From contig JBGAQA010000144.1 of the NCBI GenBank assembly GCA_044220955.1, positions 1 through 12,869 of the forward strand: 12,869 nucleotides of DNA, read 5' to 3'. Positions within the stretch are counted from its first letter, which is position 1. Every line of letters begins with the position of its first letter. A program made the translations under genes and the position numbers. The notes under the pieces are model-generated. The model was not told where the DNA came from. It searched no databases and was given only the letters and a program-made list of their open reading frames with translations. Origin of the DNA: Sandaracinaceae bacterium (GTDB taxonomy: Bacteria; Myxococcota_A; Polyangia; Polyangiales; Sandaracinaceae). Of this stretch, positions 7,894 to 12,869 are shown piece after piece.

Positions 7894-9290
7894 GGCGCCT
7901 CGCGCTCTCGCTCGCGCTCTCGCTCGTGCACGCGGGCTGCGCCCCGGGCGTCGTCTGGGTCGGCCGCAGCCTCGATCGGCGCACGACGGTGTCGGTCTTC
8001 GAGGACGGCCCGCGCTTCCGGCTCGCGATCGAGTCCGGGCCGAGCCGGACGTACGACACCATCGCCTTCGATCGCCTCGCGTGGACGCGGCGCGGGCTGC
8101 TCGTGCCCGCCCAGCGCGAGGGATCGTGGTGGATCGTCGACGGCGCCGAGGAGCGCGGGCCCTTCGAGGCCGTCGGCGAGGTCGTGGTGCAGGGCGCGCA
8201 CGCGGCGTTCGTCGCGCAACGCGCCGACGGATGGCACGTGGTCCTCGATGGGGCGGAGGGCGCGGCGTACGACGCGGTGGCCGAGCCGCTCCTGCTCGAC
8301 GCCGAGCGCGGCAGCGTCGCCTTCGTCGTGACGCGGCCCGACGGAGAGCACGCGGTGCACGACGCCGCAGCGGGTCCCGCGTGCGCGCTGGTCGCGCTCC
8401 TCACCCTCGGCGCGAAGGGCCGCATGCTCGCCTACGTCGATCGCGGCGCGCAGGATAGGCTCTTCGTGGACCACGCCGACGCAGGCACGTTCGAGCGCGT
8501 GCTCGAGCTCGTCGTCGCGGCGGACGAGCCGCGCTGGGCCGCGCTGGTCGGGGCGGGCGACGACACCACGCTCGTCCACGAGGGGCGTTCGCTCGCCACC
8601 GCCCACTACCTGACGCACCTGCGCATCAGCGACGACGGCGCCCACGTCGCGTGCCTGGTCCCGGCCGACGACGGCGGCTCGATCGACGTGATCGTCGACG
8701 GCGCGCACGTCGCCCATCACCGCCGCGTCGACGGCGAGCGGCTCGCGTTCGTCCCCGGCGACGCGCGCGCGATCTTCCTCTTCGAGGACAGCCAGGGCAT
8801 CCGCGTCTCGCTCGCGGGCGCCGAGGGCGAGCGCTACGAGGACGTGGAGGGCCCCGTGCTCGCGCCGCACCGCGCGGGCTGGATCGGGCGGCGCGCCGAG
8901 CAGAGCGAGGTGGTGATCGAGGGCAGGGTCGTCGCCACCGAGCCCTGGGCGGGCTCCCTCGCCCTCGCCACGCACGGCGAGGGCTACGCGTACGTCGCGC
9001 GCGTCGAGGGGGAGCGCTTCGTCGTCACCTCGCGCGGACGCTGGCCCGTGCCCCGCCTCTTCGTCGACACGCTCGTCCTCGACGACGAGGGCCGGCACTG
9101 GGCCGCGCTGGTGCCGGACCTCGGCGCGCGGCGCCTCGAGCTCTGGATCGACGGGCGTGCGAGCCTCGTGCTGGACGACCACGAGCTCGGGGGCGCGATC
9201 TCGATCGAGACCGACCGGACGCTGCGCGAGGTCGTCCGCGCGGTGGTCTCGGGCGCGCTCGCGCGGTGGTCGGCCGAGCACCCCGACTGA
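7890..9290 (+). CDS. Lipoprotein with ~38-aa beta-propeller-like repeats
   Basis: GTGA overlap and lipobox HAGC. Recurrent units such as AFVAQRADGWHVVLDGAEGAAYDAV, AYVDRGAQDRLFVDHADAGTFERV, ISDDGAHVACLV..SIDVIVDG and GIRVSLAGAEGERYEDV resemble TolB/PD40-like blades. Confidence 0.78.
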   Translation: MRRLALSLALSLVHAGCAPGVVWVGRSLDRRTTVSVFEDGPRFRLAIESGPSRTYDTIAFDRLAWTRRGLLVPAQREGSWWIVDGAEERGPFEAVGEVVVQGAHAAFVAQRADGWHVVLDGAEGAAYDAVAEPLLLDAERGSVAFVVTRPDGEHAVHDAAAGPACALVALLTLGAKGRMLAYVDRGAQDRLFVDHADAGTFERVLELVVAADEPRWAALVGAGDDTTLVHEGRSLATAHYLTHLRISDDGAHVACLVPADDGGSIDVIVDGAHVAHHRRVDGERLAFVPGDARAIFLFEDSQGIRVSLAGAEGERYEDVEGPVLAPHRAGWIGRRAEQSEVVIEGRVVATEPWAGSLALATHGEGYAYVARVEGERFVVTSRGRWPVPRLFVDTLVLDDEGRHWAALVPDLGARRLELWIDGRASLVLDDHELGGAISIETDRTLREVVRAVVSGALARWSAEHPD

Positions 9291-9291
9291 T

Positions 9292-9792
9292 ATGCTCCGC
9301 CGCGTCATGCGACGGAGCTCCTCGCCCGCAGTCCTGTTCGCCCTGGTGGTGCTCGCTTGTGGGCCGACGCTGGGCGTCCACGGGCAGCTCGTCGTGCGCG
9401 CGAGAGAGCAGATGGGCTGCGAGCAGCTCACGCGGGTCGTGCAGCTCACCGAGAACGCGTTCGAGGTCGACGGCTGTGGCCGCATGGTCGAGTACACCGA
9501 CTCCGTCGCGGGCGAGGAGCGCGACTTCCGCGCGATGACGCCCGCCGCGACGCTGGCCGCCGAGGACACGCACTGCGCGGTGGAGCAGCTCGCGCCGGTC
9601 GGCGAGCGTGCGCCGACGCATCGCACCTACAGCGGCTGCGGCAGCACCGCGAGCTACGTGCTCGCGTGCCAGGACGCGGGCGGCTGCCACTGGGAGCGCG
9701 ACGGCGCCGCCTCGACCGGGATGCTCACGGCGCCGGCGGTGCCGCCGGGATACGGCGAGGGCGCGTCGGATCTCGCCCCGGGAGGCACGTGA
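9292..9792 (+). CDS. Small Cys-rich lipoprotein with duplicated C...GCG...Y module
   Basis: ATG at 9292, 1 nt after the previous stop (alternative ATG at 9307). Lipobox VLAC. Two similar units: EQMGCEQL...FEVDGCGRMVEY and EDTHCAVEQL...TYSGCGSTASY. Confidence 0.78.
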   Translation: MLRRVMRRSSSPAVLFALVVLACGPTLGVHGQLVVRAREQMGCEQLTRVVQLTENAFEVDGCGRMVEYTDSVAGEERDFRAMTPAATLAAEDTHCAVEQLAPVGERAPTHRTYSGCGSTASYVLACQDAGGCHWERDGAASTGMLTAPAVPPGYGEGASDLAPGGT

Positions 9793-10787
9793 TGCTGCGG
9801 CGCGGGTTTCTCACGGTCGCTGCGGCCGGCGCCGGCGCCACGGTCGTCGGCTGCGGCGCGTCGCAGCACCGTCCGGTGCTCGGGGCGGCCGAGTCGAACG
9901 AGCTCGCCGCGCGCCTCGAGCGCGGGCTGCGGCACCTGCACGATCAGCCCTTCGGCTCGATGGTCCGCGGCCGGCGCGAGACGCGGCCCGACCTGACCGA
10001 GCACGTGCTCCGGCTGACGCTCGAGTCGCTCATGGTGCTGGACGTGCTGCGCTCCGTCCCCGAGGGCGCGGACATCCCGCCCGCGCTCGCCGAGGTGCTC
10101 GCGCCCGCGATGCCGCGGCTCGACCGCGCGATCCACACGCACCACGCGCTGCTCTCGCGCATGCCGGTGGCCAGGCAGCGCCGCCTCGATCAGGCGATGC
10201 GCGAGCGGCCCTCGCTCGTCATGGACGTGGCCGAGTGGGTGGACGGGCACGCCGCCCGGCTCGGCGTGCCGCACGACAACCGCCTCCGCCTGCGCCAGTC
10301 GGCCGTGAGCGTGGGCACCCGCCTGCGGCGGCAGTCGGCGAACGCGGTCGTCACGGACTGCGTCGCCAAGCTCGACGAGGTCTTCGCGCGCCAGTCGGTC
10401 GTGCTGCCCGCGCAGCTCTCGGAGCGGACGGCGCGCGTCGTCGACGTGATGTGGCAGCAGGTCGACGGCGGCGATGCGAGCGCGCCACCGCTCGAGGTGT
10501 CGCCGCCGCCGCGCTCCGTCGCGTCTGCGTACTCCGATCCGCTCATCGTCCCCGATCGCCTCGGCGCGTCGGCCGGGATGGTGGATCCGACCGAGCCCGT
10601 GCAGTGGAACGACAGCTGGGCACGGCCCGGCGACGAGGAGATCCGGCTCGGCGCGATCATGATGCCGCTCGGTCTCGTCACCTGCGGGATCCTGCTCTTC
10701 GTCGGGCTCGGCGTGCTCATCGCGGGCGAGGTCCAGAACGGCAACTGGGACGGCGTCACCCACGCCGAGGACGCGACGGTGGAGTAG
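9792..10787 (+). CDS. Hypothetical Tat-signal lipoprotein with C-terminal transmembrane segment (paralog B)
   Basis: SD GGAGG at 9781-9785 and a TGATG overlap at 9790-9794. MLRRGFLT...VVGC gives a Tat motif plus lipobox. Homologous to 2208..3263. The ORF-track start at 9357 is spurious. Confidence 0.85.
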   Translation: MLRRGFLTVAAAGAGATVVGCGASQHRPVLGAAESNELAARLERGLRHLHDQPFGSMVRGRRETRPDLTEHVLRLTLESLMVLDVLRSVPEGADIPPALAEVLAPAMPRLDRAIHTHHALLSRMPVARQRRLDQAMRERPSLVMDVAEWVDGHAARLGVPHDNRLRLRQSAVSVGTRLRRQSANAVVTDCVAKLDEVFARQSVVLPAQLSERTARVVDVMWQQVDGGDASAPPLEVSPPPRSVASAYSDPLIVPDRLGASAGMVDPTEPVQWNDSWARPGDEEIRLGAIMMPLGLVTCGILLFVGLGVLIAGEVQNGNWDGVTHAEDATVE

Positions 10788-10806
10788 CGCGGCCGGGGGG
10801 CGCCCA

Positions 10807-10836
10807 TTGACACGCGCGCGCAGGTGGGCGTTCGAT
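10807..10836 (+). promoter_or_regulatory. Possible sigma70-type promoter of the teneurin-like gene
   Basis: Perfect -35 TTGACA at 10807-10812 in the 70-nt intergenic gap. Only a weak -10 candidate (TTCGAT, 10831-10836, 18-nt spacer). Confidence 0.3.
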
Positions 10837-10857
10837 AGCCGGGACGCGGGGGCTGGT

Positions 10858-12680
10858 ATGCGACGAGCTTCGTTCGTTCGTTCGTTCGTTCGTTCTCTCT
10901 GAGCTTCGTCGTGATCGCCGGCTGTCTCGGCCATGAGCCCGGCTCGGGTCCGGCGAGCGCTGGTACCGGCGCGTTGAGCACGGAGACCATCGTCCTCGAC
11001 AGCACGGGCGGCGCGGACGGGGGCACGGCAACCGGCGACGACACCTGGCTGGACGAGAACGATGCAGCGCGTTCTCACGGCCCCACTGGTCTCGGCGACG
11101 AGCCGAAGCGCCTCGAGGCCCGGTTCGACTCGGGGAGCAACACCGAAACACGTACTCTCGTGCGCTTCGATCCTGCACACATCCGTGCGGTCGCGGACGG
11201 AAGGACGCTGGTGACGGCTGACCTCCGCATGTGGTCGCAGAGTCTGCATGGGGGCTTCGAGATGCATCGCGTCGCGAGCGCCTTCGCTGGATGGAACTCC
11301 ACGGAGGCGACGTTCGACTGTCCCGACACGGCGTGTGCGACGCCATGGTCGGGCTCGTGCGATCCGACGAGCGCGCTCACGTGTGCGATCTCGGCCGGCG
11401 AGGTCGATACCTTCAAGGACTACACGGGCGAGGCGGGCTGGGCCAAGTGGACGATCACCGACGTGGTGCGCGGCTTCCTCGAGGTTCCGCCCGGCGGTGG
11501 CCCGGACCCGGGCTTCGTGGTGTTCCCCTACCACCTCGCGGGCCCGTCGGGCTCGACGTTCGTCTCGTCCCGCGACGACGGCGACCCAGCTCACCGCCCG
11601 CAGCTCGTGCTCGTGTTCGCGGATGGGAACTTCGCGCCTGTGGAGCCGACGCCGCCGGAGATCGATCGCAGCGCGCCGACGCACGTGTACTCCGCGATGT
11701 CTTGGATGCTCGATCCGGACCTCGGTCTGCAGCTGGGGGTCACGCCCGGCACGTTCGACCCGAACCGCGCGTCTCTGATCCGTGGGCACGTGACCGACAG
11801 GTCGGGCGCCCCGCTCATGGGAGTGCGCGTCACGGTGCTCGGCCACTCGGGGGGTGACGGCATCGACTTCGGCGAGGCCCGCACGAGGCGCGACTCCGCG
11901 ACGGGTCCGGCCAACGGCAACTTCGAGATCATGGTGAACGGCGGCGGCCCGATGACGCTGCGCTACGAGCTCGACGGCTACTTCCCGGCGGAGCGTCAGC
12001 TCGACGTGCCGTGGAACGACTGGATCCGCGCTCCCGATGTCGCCCTCTTGTCGAGCGGGCTCGTGCCGTGCAGCAACACCGTGGGCGGGCCTTCGGGTCG
12101 CTTTGCACAACCGACCACCGCCGATGCGTGGACGACGACGGATGCTCGCGGCACGCGCACCATGGCCGTGTGGGTGCCCGGTGGGACGCATGTGCGGCAC
12201 GACGCCGGGACGAGCAGCACGTTCCAGATCTGCTCCGGCGAGTACACGGTCGGTCCGAACGGTTCGGGCACGATGCCGGCCGAGCTGCCGGCGACGACGA
12301 GCTACACGTTCGCATCCGAGCTAGAGGCGCGCGACGTGGGCGCGTCGGGGCCCCTCGCTCATCCGCACTTCGCGACGGCCAGCAGCACGTCGAGCGACGT
12401 GTACCTGTACCTCCGCACCGACCAGTTCCTGCACTTCACGCCGGGCACCGTGGTCCCGAACGGGAGCTACGACGCCGCGCGCGGCGCGTGGACCGGCGAC
12501 GCGAACGGCATGGTGCTCCGGATCTCCGCGGCCGACACCGACTGCATCGACAGCGGGACGGCGGAGAATCCGGTCGCCGACCCGGAGGAGATCGCCGCGC
12601 TCTGCCCTGGCCGCGCGCTCCCGGCTGGAAGCTACATGCGCGTTCCGCTCGCGCACCTCACGCCGGTGGATCTGAACTGG
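10858..12680 (+). CDS. Bacterial teneurin-like (RHS/YD class) lipoprotein, N-terminal part, with DNRLRE-like domain; frameshifted at the 5' SSR and truncated at ~12680
   Basis: Absent from the ORF track. The frame is open from 10839 to the window end. It reads SLSFVVIAGC (lipobox), then DDTWLDEN...RTLVRFD...WTITDVVR...VSSRD..PAHRPQLVL (DNRLRE/CBM96-like). Next is LQLGVTPGTFDPNRASLIRGHVTDRSGAPLMGVRVTV...GNFEIMVNGGGPMTLRYELDGYFPAERQLDVPWN (teneurin TTR-like domain). Then EYTVGPNG..MPAELPATTSYTFASEL and YMRVPLAHLTPVDLNW, motifs I recall from bacterial teneurin-like proteins. Confidence 0.8.
10869..10895 (+). repeat. Tetranucleotide simple sequence repeat (TTCG)6 TTC
   Basis: Directly visible: ttcg x6 plus ttc, starting 11 nt after the A of ATG 10858. 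Confidence 0.97.
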
Positions 12681-12869
12681 GTCGCGCGCCTCCTCGGCCT
12701 GTCGGGCCGATTCGTCCTTGTAGGACTGGTTGTCCTGGATCGAGTGGCCGCACAGGCGCGGCACGACGAGGCGCAGCAGGCACGGCCCGGCGCCCGAGCG
12801 CACGTGCGTCACGGCGCGGTCGATCAGGCCGGCCGCCACCCCGGGGTCGGTGCCGTCGCCGTCCAGGAC
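12679..12869 (-). CDS. Fragment of ThDP-dependent 2-oxoacid dehydrogenase E1 (alpha-type domain); enters from the right edge and breaks at ~12680
   Basis: Minus-strand translation from 12869: VLDGDGTDPGVAAGLIDRAVTHVRSGAGPCLLRLVVPRLCGHSIQDNQSYKDESARQAEEARDP. This matches the E1-alpha pattern VDG.D...A....R.G.GP.L......R..GHS..D...Y.......RDP. After RDP the frame is only the antisense of the teneurin-like gene, up to the stop at 12321. Confidence 0.82.

Noticed and set aside
7899..7926. 12-bp tandem repeat CTCGCGCTCTCG x2 in a signal peptide
   Set aside because: The unit length is a multiple of 3 (encodes LALS-LALS), so it cannot switch frame; ordinary low complexity.
10788..10806. Intrinsic terminator after the operon
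   Set aside because: Only a short GGGCGCCC palindrome, with no proper stem-loop or U-tract.
12321..12839. 172-aa minus-strand ORF as a complete gene
   Set aside because: The frame is open upstream to the window edge, and only the part right of ~12680 is E1-like; the rest is antisense read-through.
1..12869. tRNA/rRNA genes, CRISPR arrays, IS elements, integrases
   Set aside because: None recognisable; nearly the whole window is protein-coding, with only two short intergenic gaps.

Overview
Very GC-rich bacterial DNA; the repertoire of lipoproteins and secreted proteins suggests Myxococcota (inference). Left end: two coupled minus-strand genes, an FG-GAP/VCBS-repeat lipoprotein (707..2050) and a secreted TPR-like protein running off the window (<3..710). 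Centre: a tightly coupled plus-strand operon (2208..10787) behind a good sigma54 (-24/-12) promoter match. Its core is a dissociated type II FAS/PKS cassette: a ketosynthase apparently fused to a catalytically dead CLF-like domain and frameshifted at ~4575, an ACP, a GcvT-family folate-binding protein, a FabG-type ketoreductase and a FabZ-type dehydratase. Two lipoprotein genes follow, and two paralogous Tat-signal, membrane-anchored lipoprotein genes bracket the whole operon. Right end: a gene missing from the ORF track encodes a bacterial teneurin-like (RHS/YD class) lipoprotein with an N-terminal DNRLRE-like module. Its ATG is out of frame across a (TTCG)6 tract in the signal peptide, a candidate phase-variation switch. 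At ~12680 this gene is abruptly joined to an oppositely oriented, also truncated, 2-oxoacid dehydrogenase E1 gene (rearrangement breakpoint or assembly chimera). All family calls come from motif recognition by eye; no searches were run.
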